Shown here in pieces: positions 12,241 to 24,161 of a DNA stretch of 64,000 nt. Each line of letters begins with the position of its first letter. Position 1 is the first letter of the stretch. A program made the translations under genes and the position numbers. The notes under the pieces are model-generated. The model was not told the DNA's origin and did not search any database. It worked only from the letters and a program-made list of their open reading frames with translations. Source of the stretch: Paecilomyces variotii. Lineage: Eukaryota. The stretch lies in NCBI GenBank assembly GCA_004022145.1, contig RCNU01000002.1; one strand, written 5' to 3'.

Positions 12241-13593
12241 ATGCACTTTATCCAGTGCCTTGCACTCATTCTTGTCTTTATCACCTCAAGCTCGGCCGGT
12301 CCGGTTGCTCATCTACTTCCACGACCAAGAGATTTCGGGTCTTACAATCAAACAGCATGGAAACCGAAAGCTACCTCTTCGTCTACTGCAATTGCCCTTC
12401 AGTTTCTTGCAAGTTCTAGTGCACAAGTGGGTCAAGATGGGGGTCGATCCTCCATTACTCCTACGCATAGTTCTAGTGTGCAACTCCGAGGCTCGTCGAA
12501 CATTCCCAGTTCAACACCCGTGCGGACACTATCTGGAACAACAAGCAGGACATACAAAACTCATTCTACTTCGTCGTCATTGCTCAGTACGAGCACGCCT
12601 ATTCTACAAATCATACCGGTGGAAGAGCCAACTTCCACTTTCTCATCTGCTCTTTCGCAGACTCCAAGCAGTACAAGTCTGACCGTTCAAATCATCCAGC
12701 CTCTGGGTTCTAGTGGGGTCGTCAGTCCTTCTTTGTCACTGCAATTCTCAAATCCTGTTAGCCGGACAGCTTCGCCCGTCGCATATCAGCCCGCTACAGG
12801 GGCTTCGGCAAGTTCATCAAGTGCGCGATCACCGGCCAGGACACCAACTTCCTCGAGATCGAGCTCACATGCTTATGTGCAGCCAACGTCTTCTATCTCC
12901 GCAAATAATGGTGATGGTCCTGCAGCAGAGGCAACTATTACACTTCCGGGCCTTGAGAACGGGACTAAGCCTGGTCCAAAACCAACACCCTCACCAACTA
13001 CATTATCCACGTCTTCCGCTTCTTCGATCTCGAACAGCATATCTCCAAGCAGCCAATCTTCACAGACTCCTTCTGAGCCGACAATCGGGGTAGTAACCAT
13101 ACAGCCAACACCTGCTTCTCCCGCACCCTCTCCAGCAGATGGTGGTGAAAAGTCAAGCTCATCCTCATATACTCCGTCACCCACCAATTCCGTCACTGGG
13201 ACAAAAGCAACGACTACAATCAACCCAGCGGATACGACTACTCAGACAGCAGCTCCGGCTTCTGGCACTCCATCAGTTGGAAACTCGAGCACCGGAGCAG
13301 CAAAAACAACAAGTCTCGAAGTTACAATTATCAAAACGACATCCACCCGTACTGTCTTGGTATATCCTTCGCCCACGACAAGTACCTCCCAGCAGCCTCC
13401 AGCTCCAGTCGCACAGCCAACCTCATCAAGCAAAAGCACAAGCACAAGCACTGTGGTTCCAGATGAAATATCCATAGTCCCCGTCACGCCAGGACTGCCC
13501 ACTGTGACGGAAACAGTGACCGAGACAGTTACCGATAAAGTTCAAGTAACGGAAACAACGACCGTCACGACGACACTTACAGGATATTATTAA
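12241..13593 (+). CDS. Secreted Ser/Thr/Pro-rich (mucin-like) protein
   Basis: Intronless ORF of ~450 aa with a signal-peptide-like start MHFIQCLALILVFITSSSAG, a low-complexity S/T/P body and a TVTETVTETVT C-terminus. Confidence 0.8.
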   Translation: MHFIQCLALILVFITSSSAGPVAHLLPRPRDFGSYNQTAWKPKATSSSTAIALQFLASSSAQVGQDGGRSSITPTHSSSVQLRGSSNIPSSTPVRTLSGTTSRTYKTHSTSSSLLSTSTPILQIIPVEEPTSTFSSALSQTPSSTSLTVQIIQPLGSSGVVSPSLSLQFSNPVSRTASPVAYQPATGASASSSSARSPARTPTSSRSSSHAYVQPTSSISANNGDGPAAEATITLPGLENGTKPGPKPTPSPTTLSTSSASSISNSISPSSQSSQTPSEPTIGVVTIQPTPASPAPSPADGGEKSSSSSYTPSPTNSVTGTKATTTINPADTTTQTAAPASGTPSVGNSSTGAAKTTSLEVTIIKTTSTRTVLVYPSPTTSTSQQPPAPVAQPTSSSKSTSTSTVVPDEISIVPVTPGLPTVTETVTETVTDKVQVTETTTVTTTLTGYY

Positions 13594-14136
13594 TATGTAT
13601 CTCTCCCGAGAAGTAAATATGATTTTTGGGTGTGTGGATATGGAGATAGAAACTAAATGGGACGATAATGATATTCCATTGTGCTTTTTAGTATCATTTT
13701 TCCTTATATTGTATTTTTATGCTGTAGATCTATGTAGTTGTTTGGAAGTCGTATGTCTGATTTCAATAAGAAGTCGATGGTAATGATGGAATTGAAAACC
13801 TTCAGTATTTGGATCAATAAGGCTATCTGGAGTACTGTTGTTACCTGATGAACGATATGATATCACTACGAGGAATCTCATTCCCCGGCCGAATTTTAAG
13901 AGCTATATGATAGTAACTGTTCATTTCTCATCGAATACACTAAGTACCAATGGGTTCGATGACGCTTCTGATAATAGCTACAGAGAGTTTTTTCCCTGTA
14001 TATCTTTCTTCTTAATCTATCTTATAACTTCGGCCGTCTCTTTCATGAATGCATGTCATCACATCATTCCCCCAGATAAGAGATCCTAAGAAACAGATAA
14101 TGCGTTCTATATATATATAAAAGAAGACAAAAGGTC

Positions 14137-16248
14137 TTATAACGCAGAAAGCACACCTCCCGCTTCTGCAAACTTCTTCTGATACTCCTTCAGGCTAGCC
14201 CATTGGCGAAGGTCCTCTTCTTCGCGGTCATGGTCGCTAACGTAGCTCATGGCTTTGTCTCCGGCGTAGAGACTTGCTCCGCTAGCGGGACTAGGAGTTT
14301 CAGGTGTGGTTACGGTTCCGGGACCGAGACGTTCGAGGCGCATTAGAGTGTCGATGAAGGCTTGGAGATAGGTCTCCGCTTCTTTGGTGGTGAGAGGCTG
14401 CGGGCCTGGTGTGGCGGCTTCGGGGGTTGTGCCGGCCTCTGCATCTGCGGAGACTTGAGGTAGATTGAGAAGGGTCGAGGCAACTTGGCGGACTTTGTGA
14501 GTCTGAGAGGATAGTTAGTTTTTGATGATCAAAGCTTCCAGACTGAGTAGAGGACATACGAAACTGGCACCGTTTGGTTCCATGTTCACCTCATTCACAG
14601 TCCTCAGTAAAGCCAAGAGGTCTTTTATGACAAGCGCTCGCTCCTCGGCCATCATCTTACCTATGTAATCGGTCCGGACATGTGCATCTTCTGCATGTAC
14701 ATCGGGTCCCCCGCCCTCCAACTTAACCGCTTGCGCGGCCGAGTCAGGCGATTGCTTCTCAGGGGTTGTTGCCTTTTGCATCGACCTGTAAACCGCGTAG
14801 AGACTCCAATATTTTTCAACAAGGTAAGAGCGGGTGCTCAGTTGACTGGCGTATATGTTTGCTTTCTGAATTTCATACTGGACCGCATACCGCGACTTGG
14901 CCCGTTCGTCGGCTGGTATATGCAGATCCTCTGATTTATGCCAGGCATCAATAGCAGCGTCACTGCGGTCTTGACGGAGTGCCAGCTCCTGTGGCACATT
15001 TACCACAGCAGCTTTTGCATTCTGCAAGCATTCCCAGATGGTCTTTCGCTGGCGCTCCCAGTCAAAGACTTGACCATTTCCGAATGCGACTTCCAGAGCG
15101 GAGAGCGAGTTATAAGAACTGAAAACTCTGACGTTGATATTGAATCCGGTAAGTTGCGACACAACTCCCGGAGGCTGCGATTCGACGTGTGTGGGGAAGA
15201 TATATTCATCGTCAATCTCGAGGGGTAAAGGCGGATATCGATCAGTGGGAGTCTCGGGAGGGACATATATTCGCCCATCAGAAGATCCAAGTTGGTGCAG
15301 CGTCTGGTGACTGACTAGCGATACATAGAACAATCGCCGACCTAGCTCTTGTTGGATCATGTCCACTGGTTCATCTGGAATCCCGATAAATGAGTCCGGC
15401 GACGGATGAGAAGAACCAGACATTGGGCTCAAAGGTGCGGCACTGAGTGGACGCTTGAATAAGTCGTATACCCGTAATATCGTACTGCATTCGGCCAGAT
15501 AAATCCGGGACTGATGCATGTCGTAGACATAGCCCGCGCACAGGCCGAGAAAATAGCTGATAGCTGCATCATAGACAGTTGCACTTTTATCCAGATAGCC
15601 GGGTCCACGGGCCTGGATAGCAACGTCATGGCATCTTTTCACCAACGCCGTCGAATTTGGAAAATCATTCTTTTCGATCTCTGTTGCGAGATGGAGCTTG
15701 GGTCTGCGAGGGAATGATGCGACCAACGTGCCTACCATGGAGGCCAGTAATGCCAGAAACGTCTTGTTGGTGACATCTTCTCTTCGATCAAATGCAGCCC
15801 GAAATGTAGGTTCATGAGGAACTGGAATTAAAGGATGTATATAAGTAAAATAGTCATCGACAAGAAGTCGCAATGTATGCATGGAGCAGATGGCTTCTGC
15901 TGAAGCGGCTGCCGGCGTAAACGGGAGATTCTTAGTCGGCGGAACTCCACTCTCCTGAGGAATTGGGTTCGTATTATCAAGAGGGTTAAACGGTGTCGCT
16001 GGCCCAAGATTTTGCTTCTTTAGAGCCTCCGCGTGCCTGTTAGGCGGACCTCGACGTCTGCTGGGCCTGACATACGTGCAAGGGATATCCAATGCTGCAC
16101 ATGATCGACATGGAGGCCCGCTCTCATCGCACTGGCCTCGAATATCAGCACCAGTAGCTCTGGGATTATCTTGACAATTGGAACATACTTTCACTTTGCG
16201 GATGCTACAGGCGTCACAGGCCTTGCGCAGCCTAGTTCGATTCTCCAT
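14137..16248 (-). CDS. Zn(II)2Cys6 transcription factor with fungal TF middle-homology region
   Basis: [28 protein letters not shown] split by an intron; [18 protein letters not shown] second intron (GTATGT..CTAAC..CTCAG near 14.5 kb) joins in frame to the 14137-14343 ORF. Confidence 0.92.
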
Positions 16249-16982
16249 TGGTCTCAGAATCGGTCATGGATTGTTCCTTTGGGATCATGATGCTCGTAAC
16301 AGATAAACTTCGCATTGCGCAACTACATCCAATGCGCACCGAGATGGAAGATGGAGATGGGCGTTATTCTGCTTCCAGCCCGTGGCGTTCCGTTGAATCG
16401 GGTGATGGAGGATGGATCGCGGACCCGCGCGATCTCTGTATCAAAGTGCTATTAGTTAGCTGAGACGAAACACACGACGGTTAACTTAGCACCCCACTAG
16501 CTGAGAACGCCAACGCGCCAGAAGGAAATTAACAAAGTCGTTTGTGACGTTGGAAGCAGATGTTGAGGCAATACTCCGTCACGTGCAGTGAGATAACGTG
16601 TTCCAGCCGGAAATGAAGGCCGATCTCGCCGCACTGCTTGTGCTGCAACTCATAGATTGAGCTGTGCAAATGAAAGCCAAATACGAAGAATTCGTCTACT
16701 AGTATTCTCCTCTGAACCTACTCCAGGTACAGTATATTGACCCACTCACTGTCTCGAGCATTATTCTATCTGCAAGACCCTTCGTAAGAGGAATATCTTC
16801 ATCGCTAACATCGAGATATACAGCACGTATTATATATGCGATGCTATTACATTAGTCTCCGGCTTATTCATGAACTGACAGCGCAGTAACATATCTTCAG
16901 CACAATCTTCGCGACGTTTGCAATGGGAAGACGTGAAAACACGAAAGCCAGATGATTGATAGCCAGTAGAATCCATCCACGT

Positions 16983-17948
16983 TCATACCGTTTGGTCATG
17001 GTACTCGGGCTCCGGTCTTTGAGAGCGTTCGAGAGCGGTCCTCCTTTTTCCTTCGAGCTCAGCTGCCCACAGAGCCGAACCGGCGGCTGATGTCATCAAG
17101 AAGAGCATGGAGAACATGGGAACGAGCTGAAGAATCAAGGCCACTGTCCCAAAGCTAAAAAGACAAAACCAGGTATGTTAGTACTGGATGGCAATGACTC
17201 GACACACAAAGCCGAACTTACCATGTATATTGCAGCTGCCGCTTGCGAACGTATGCTTTCCTCTCTTTCTTCGAAAGGTCCAAGAGTTGAAAATACCTCC
17301 AATGGTGAAAAGGACCGGCTCTATATCCCGTCAAAATAAGGAAGATGGGCGTTCCTGCCACGGGAATAAAGTTAAGCGGCAGAAAGATGATGAACTCAAT
17401 GATCTGTCGGATAGAGAATGGCGAGTACTCCGCTTTTTTGGTAGGCTTTCCGAGTCTTTTCACCGGCGTATCCCCATCTGGATAGATGACTCGGGAATTG
17501 TTGACAAGCTCTTCGTAGCCCTTTGCGAAGAGTACCGCATCGAAGATGTCGACCAATGTCTCGTCGACGAAGAATGCCTCGAAGAGAGCAGCAACGAGGG
17601 CAGCACCCTCTCCTAGAACAAGAAACGCACCGCTCACCCAAGCGCTGGAACCTTGGAATATCGCCAGGAAAGCAACCTGCGGTAGGTATGTGAAGAAGAA
17701 GAGAATGGTGTAGATAAAAGCGGACAGCAGGACAATCGGGATGAGGCGTGCGCGGAACAACGGCCAGAGGAACCGGTGAGTTGCGAAGTAGAATATACCC
17801 TGGGAGGAGAATACATCGTCAGCACCATATGAAAACAATAAACACAAGGAATCAAGGCATATTCAATATGCGTCTGCAGAATGTCGGTGCCTACCAGGAA
17901 AGGATATAGCCAGGCTGCCCTGGAGGTGTCCAGGACTACTCTTGGCAT
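16983..17948 (-). CDS. EI24/CysZ-like multi-pass membrane protein (Rrt8/Lds-like)
   Basis: Three exons: MPRVVLDTSRAAWLYPFL|GIFYF...LPLNFIPVAGTP...HHWRYFQL...|FGTVALILQLVPMFSMLFLMTSAAGSALWAAELE. The YP..G, PLN.IPV.G and H.RYFQL motifs match this family. Confidence 0.75.
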
Positions 17949-18449
17949 GGTTGCTGGTCACAGACTGCAAAATTCCATATCCTATAATATACGGTAGTTG
18001 CCCAGAAACAACTTCAGAGGGATCGAGGTCAGGTTGTCCTGGAGTAAGAATGATAATATCCTGAGACGCTCCGGAATTGAAACTCGGGACGTCATGCGGC
18101 CGCCAAGCCCCTTATCGATAGGCGCCGCGGCTCGCTATAAAAGCCACAAATTTTCGCCCAGCATTGACCTTTTTCTTTCCTCATACATAAAACTACCCCC
18201 TTCATATTCACTCTGAGATCCTACTAGCTCCATGGATTACTTGGAGGGGAAACTGGAGGGGAGAGCGAGCCATGACGCTGGTGACTTACCCCGAAACTTC
18301 CTATGCTTACATGGAGGCCTTTGGAAATATTTGCAGCGATACATCTCTTCTTCTACGACACCGACGATCCGGTTATGAGCGAGGAATCATAGGTCCTGTT
18401 ATGCCTAGGGCATTTACTGTCTGCTGTACATTACGTGCGGAAGAGATTG

Positions 18450-19244
18450 TCAGTTGGCATGCTTGTCGATGATGCCTACAATCTCCTCCAGACTGTGGAC
18501 AATAGCGGTCGGCTGTAATTCTGGAACGGCTCCATCCATCCATCCTCGGCCAGCGCGGTCGACCCAAATGGCCTTCATCCCACTACCTCTAGAACCGACA
18601 ATATCGAACGGATTGCCACTGATGAGCCACATGTCGCCCATCTGGGATGCGTCCTTGCCCATCTTCTTTGCTAGATGGGCATATGTGGCTGGCGCCGGCT
18701 TGTATTTCTTAACATCATCGACAGTGATGATGTCGCGGAAGACGTCGGCTTTGGGAGACAAGTCCTTGGAACGTAGCACTGAGTTTGACACCATCGACTG
18801 TGTTCCATTAGAGAAGACAACCGGCGTGATGTTTGGTTTAGATGCGAGTTTGGTCAGAGCCGGAATCACATCGGGGAACGTAGACAAGAAATCGTAAGCC
18901 GCCATGAGCTCTCCGATAGCCTTCTCATCGCACTGAGCGCCGTTTTCCGCCAAGGCATGCAATAACGAATTGCGCGTGATGTTCGAGAAGGTATCGAATT
19001 GGTCTAGAGTACAGAACCATCAGCCCATACATTCGCTAAAAAAAACAGCGCGGAGACGCGGAACGGGGATCCAACCCATGCTATTAAGTCTCCATGTGTA
19101 TTCCAGTTGGTATCGCCTCCATGCCGTGGCTATGCTTTGGGCTTTCTCCTGGCCGAAGTGTTCTGCTAATTGCTTTGCGATCGACTCTGTCGAGAGCAAT
19201 GTCCCGTACAGGTCAAAAGCAACGATAATCTGCTTGTGAGACAT
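18450..19244 (-). CDS. Haloacid dehalogenase type II-like HAD hydrolase
   Basis: Motif I FDLYGTL, WRRYQLEYTW, FSNG, YKPAP and ISGNPFDIVG; one intron joins the two ORF-track pieces in frame. Confidence 0.9.
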
Positions 19245-19489
19245 CGTGGCAGTAAGATAATGGGCAATTTCTTTTTCACCGGTCAGGGCTCAGGAGAGAT
19301 GGCAAAAGATATCGGAAGAAGGTGAAAGAGGCGACTCTGTACCTGGCAATGATGTCAAATCTTTGTCCCGTCGGAGTAGTTGAAAAGCGGGGTCATCCGG
19401 CTGCGATGATCATGATATATGAATATATCCTTTCCACGCGGAGCTGAACATCCCCAGAGAACCCTGCGACTGGAAGCGCACACTCCCCC

Positions 19490-20346
19490 ATGAGTCTCCA
19501 CGGCGACGGTGGGAGCAATTACGAAGTATTCAGGGAGTGTGTCTCAGGGGCCATTGTCGCCAAGTCGGAGACGAAGCCCGACAAAGCCTCTAAAAAGAGA
19601 GCTCAGAAGACAAAGCGTGGTTCGAAGAGAAGCGCTGCTGATCAGGCAGTCGTAGCTGACAGAGCTAACCCCGAGGAATTAGCTGATTTCATTGATGTAC
19701 GTATATAAGCTCTTGAAGCTCAAATTAATCCTCTGGGGAGACAATAATGTAGCTGATACTGATAATCCATTACGGATTCCAGTTCATAGCATCAGAAGCA
19801 TTCCCCTCTCTGCCGGACGAGCTGCAAACCCTCTCCTACTCCGCAATCCAACATGACAGTTCCCTGGCTAGTAAATACACAGTGCCTATCCCGCGCCCAC
19901 TCCTCGATTCGGTAACGGCGGCAATACCTGTATCAGTTGCTGAATCCCTATCCGTCTACGGTCTCATACCCGACTCTTCAGACCTGCCCGACTTCTTCAA
20001 CCCTGTCCTCAACGAGTACGTATCCGGTGTAACCACCGGACCACCCGCATGGGCTAGTACACGCGCAGATGCCTGCGAGATCTGCGAGAGGGACTGGATC
20101 CCGTTGTCATATCATCATCTGATACCGAGGAGTGTGCACGCGAAAGTGCTGAAGAAGGGTTGGCATGATGAGTGGATGCTGAATAGCGTCGCTTGGCTGT
20201 GTAGAGCTTGCCATAGCTTTGTGCATCGCATGGCGAGTAATGAAGAGTTGGCTAGGGAGTGGTTCACTGTTGATAGGATCTTGGAGAGGGAGGATGTACA
20301 GGAGTGGGCGAAATGGGTTGGAAAGGTGAGATGGAAGGCAAAGTAA
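19490..20346 (+). CDS. HNH-like zinc-binding domain protein
   Basis: Two exons (intron ~19697-19782). The C-terminal CEICER..YHHLIPR..LCRACHSFVH gives a CxxC...HH...CxxCH HNH-type pattern. Confidence 0.8.
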
Positions 20347-20729
20347 GCCGATACCCTGGTCACCAAGCGACTCGGGGTTAGAAGTAAATTGTACGACGCC
20401 TCCTATAGAGGGCCAGAAATGTCTTTACTCGAAAGTAAACATGTGTATACGTTCTTGGATTTGTTTAATAGACATTATGTATCATTATGAACGATCATGA
20501 ATTGGTTTCATAGTCATCTATATAGGGTCGTCGATCCTTAAAAAAGTGTATTGTACATGTATAAAGCTCTCGCCAGGAGCAGAGTAATCTAGTAATAGCA
20601 CATCGGTAGAAGATTTTTTGCCCCATGTTTTAGCCCATCCAACCGGCTATGCAAGACGTAAGTGGCGCAGGTCGAAAACAGATAGAATGTAGATATGCCG
20701 AGTACAGCGAGAAACCACTAGAAAAATAC

Positions 20730-23700
20730 TCATAGGTATCTCTTCTCGTAGATCTCATCGTAACACTGGACATGGTCACCGACAGCAAAGTCGGCCCAGC
20801 CCTCGAAGCCCATTCCGCACTCGGTATCTTTCCGCATCTCTACAACGTCCTTCTTCACGTTCTTGAGAGAGGCAAGAGAGCCTGTGATGAGGATCTTAGT
20901 AAAATACTCTCGTATAGAAAATCAAAGAATAAAAAGTTGAACTTACCATCGTAAATGATGTCCTGGCCTCTCAACACCCTGACTTTCTTGTTCCTGTTGA
21001 TAGTGCCATTACGAACCTTACATCCCGCGATGGCACTTGTCTCACGTCCCTTAATGGTGATATCAAAGATCTGGGAAATTTCTGCTTCGCCGGTCACGCG
21101 ACGGGAAACAGTTGGGGGCAGGTGCTCGCTGAGTTCCGCCTTGACGGCATCAATCAACTCGTAAATAATGTTGTGGTCCAGGATTTTCACTCCGTTACTC
21201 TCAGCCATGCGAGATATGGAGGGATCAACGGGGACGTTGAAAGAGACAATATGACCATTTGCGGTCTGCGCGTGCTGAATATCGAATTCGGTTATTGTAC
21301 CGACTCCGGAACGAAGCACGTGGGCGTAAACCTCATTGTTTCCAATTGCAGCAACAGAATTCATGACAGCTTCGACGGAGCCGGACACATCTGCTTTAAC
21401 AATGAAGTGGATCGGTTTTGGCCCAGAGGATTCATCCGCTGCTGAAGGCGACTCGCCCTCCTCCTCGGCGGCTTCCCGGCGGCGCTTTTCCAGCATCTCA
21501 CGACGGGACTCGTTGATAGCAGCCATGTCCTGGCCGAGTTTCTGGGTCTCAGACTTCTCCAGCCGGTACTCGATAACGTCCTTAGCCTTCTGCTCGTTGG
21601 GGGCCCCAAGAACCTCGCTACCTGCGGCTGGCTGTTCCTTCCAGCCGTCAATCTCAACTGGCATTCCGGGCGTAGCCTCCTTAATCTCGACGCCAGCCTC
21701 ATTCTTCAAAGTGCGGACGCGAGTCCATGTCGTGCCCGCAACCAAAATATCCCCAGGGCGCAGAGTACCACGCCTAACAAGGACAGTTGCAACACGTCCG
21801 GAGCTTTTGGTTGTAGCCTCGATAACCCAGCCTTCCACGTTTCCGTCAACGTCAGCTCTGTGATCAAGCATCTCTGACAGGGTCACTATGGCTTCTTCCA
21901 GGTCAAGCATTCCCTGTCCAGTTTTACCGCTGACAGGGATGGCCTGGACATCGCCACCGTAGTCTTCAACGTCGACACTGTGACGTGCAAGGTCCTGTTT
22001 AACCAATTCCGGATTCACATTGTCCTTGTCGATCTTGTTAATGGCAACGATCATTGGGACCTTGGCATCTTTAGCGTGCTTAATAGCCTCGATGGTCTGA
22101 GGCTTGACGCTGTCGTCTGCAGCAACAACAAGCACGACGATGTCTGTCACATCGGCTCCACGGCGCCGCATATCCAGAAAGGCCGCGTGGCCGGGGGTAT
22201 CCAGGAAAGTGATAACTTTGCCCGAAGGCATGGACACGGAGAAAGCACCAATATGCTGAGTGATCCCTCCATGCTCCGAGGCAGCGACCGAAGATTTCCG
22301 GAGCCAGTCAAGAATCGTGGTTTTGCCGTGATCGACATGTCCCATAATAGTGACGACCGGTGGTCGGGGAGGTAGGACACTCTTATCTTCTGGTTCAGGT
22401 GCAGCAGTAAGATCATCTTCGGATTTCTCAAAGATCGGTTCGAAGTTGAACTCAGTTGCCACTAAACCAGCGGTCTCAGCGTCCAGAATATGACTATAAG
22501 TAACGCCTTCGAATCCCATCTCTTCCATCCTTTGGACGAAAGTGGCTGGTCTAACACCGATCACATCAGCCAGGTTGCTGACGCTGATGAACTCAGGAAG
22601 ATAGAGTGGACTTGGTGCTGCATCTGTTTGTTTTCGACGCGCCTTCTCTTTCTTCATTCGTTTCCGGTCCTCACGGCGGCGGCGACGAATGTTGTCCTCG
22701 TCGAACTCATCCTCCTCAAGCTCTGACTGACGCTGGTTACGTCTGGATCGTCGCTTGGACTCTTTTCGTGACTGCACATCTTCCTCAATATCGTCCGGGA
22801 TCGAGAGCGGTATTCGTTTAGATTTCGTAGATTGTTTATCTGACTCCGTTACATCGGACTTCTCCTGCCATGTCTGGTCAACCGAATCATCGACCTTGGT
22901 CTTGGCCTTAGCTTCTGGCTCTGTCGAATCCCACGTCCTTGTTGTATCCTTCCTAGGGAGAGAGACCGGTACAGGGCGAACAGCGGAGAAATTGCCATTC
23001 TTCACGGCATGATCTCTAAATGCCTTCTCTCTCAATGTCAACTGATCCCAATCTGCCAACACGGACTGGCCTAGTTTCCTAATTTTCAACGACTGCTCAG
23101 TATTATCCTGCTTCTTGGACTTCGTCTGTTGCACGGGTCGAGGAGCGCTGCACGCCGGGCATGTGGTATATTTGCGAAAACAATGATACCTGCACTCCGG
23201 GCACTCCCAATCGCCATTCCACAATTTTCGCGTGGAATTTCCGTTATCTCGCTCGTTTCTGGTTGGTGTAGAAGTCCTATTTTGCTGTGGCCGTTGATCG
23301 TGGTGCATTCTGTGTTTCGAGATGAACGGTAAAAGTTTCTCTTTTTGATCCGACTTCTCGCTGTCCGTAGTGCGCTTAGCTCCTTGTGTCTCTTCATGAG
23401 TGTTCTTTCGTGTCTCCTGTGGCTCCTCCTTTCTACTCTGCGATAGCAGAGCATCTCGCTGTGCCTGTTCGCCTAAAGCCAGACCAGCAGGTTTATTTGC
23501 TTGTCTGCTGGCCCATCCACCACCCCATTTTGCCCGAGGGAACGATTCGCGTGGAGTTTCTTCTTCTTCCTTCACGACGGGGGCTGGATCAGATGCCTCG
23601 TTCCTGATTATTGAGGAGCGAAAACCTCGTCGTGAGCGCCATGTTGATGCAGCCGGAGATAAGCATCTACACGTCGCAGCGCATCGGTCAATCCGGTGAC

Positions 23701-23798
23701 AGCGCGAGAGCTTCGAACGGATTAGTAAACTAGATTGTCTTGAAAATAATAAATTGAGAAATGCAAAAACTCACGTCCAGGGCCGCCCATCTGTGCAT
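20730..23798 (-). CDS. IFM1: Mitochondrial translation initiation factor IF-2
   Basis: G-domain motifs [27 protein letters not shown] and NKID. A short first exon MHRWAALD (ATG 23798) is spliced in frame to an Arg/Ser-rich presequence; the last exon reads [19 protein letters not shown]...EKRYL*. Confidence 0.95.
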
Positions 23799-24161
23799 AA
23801 TGCCGGAAGCTCTCCGGAGCGTTGTCTGAGAGCGCGAGTATCCAATGCTCTGAAGCTCGACGGAGATCCTCAATCGGAACTTCGAATTTCACGCTCGCAT
23901 GGCCCGAGAAGCGCGCTAGTCCTCTTCTGTGTTTTGTCACGTGATTCACGTGTTTCGGCGCGTCCATCCAATCAGAGCCAGTGTCTGCTTACTGATAGAG
24001 ATACCAAAGGCTCTTGCGCCATCGACGGACGCCAAAAGGGCACATATAAAGCTGCAGTCTCCAGAGACCTCGTGTTTATTCTTCAATTCTCCATCTCAAT
24101 TGGCGCATTCTTCTGTAATTTACTCAGGTCGTGCCAGAGACTCATTTGGGAGACGCAGGAG
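23799..24161. promoter_or_regulatory. Bidirectional promoter between IF2 and the mitochondrial carrier
   Basis: 363 bp between divergent ATGs; CACGTG at 23938 and 23947; CCAATCAG at 23968. Confidence 0.5.

Noticed and set aside
18415..18452. Possible stop read-through (TGA-C context) giving the HAD a cryptic PTS1
   Set aside because: The extension ends SRQ*, which is not a PTS1.
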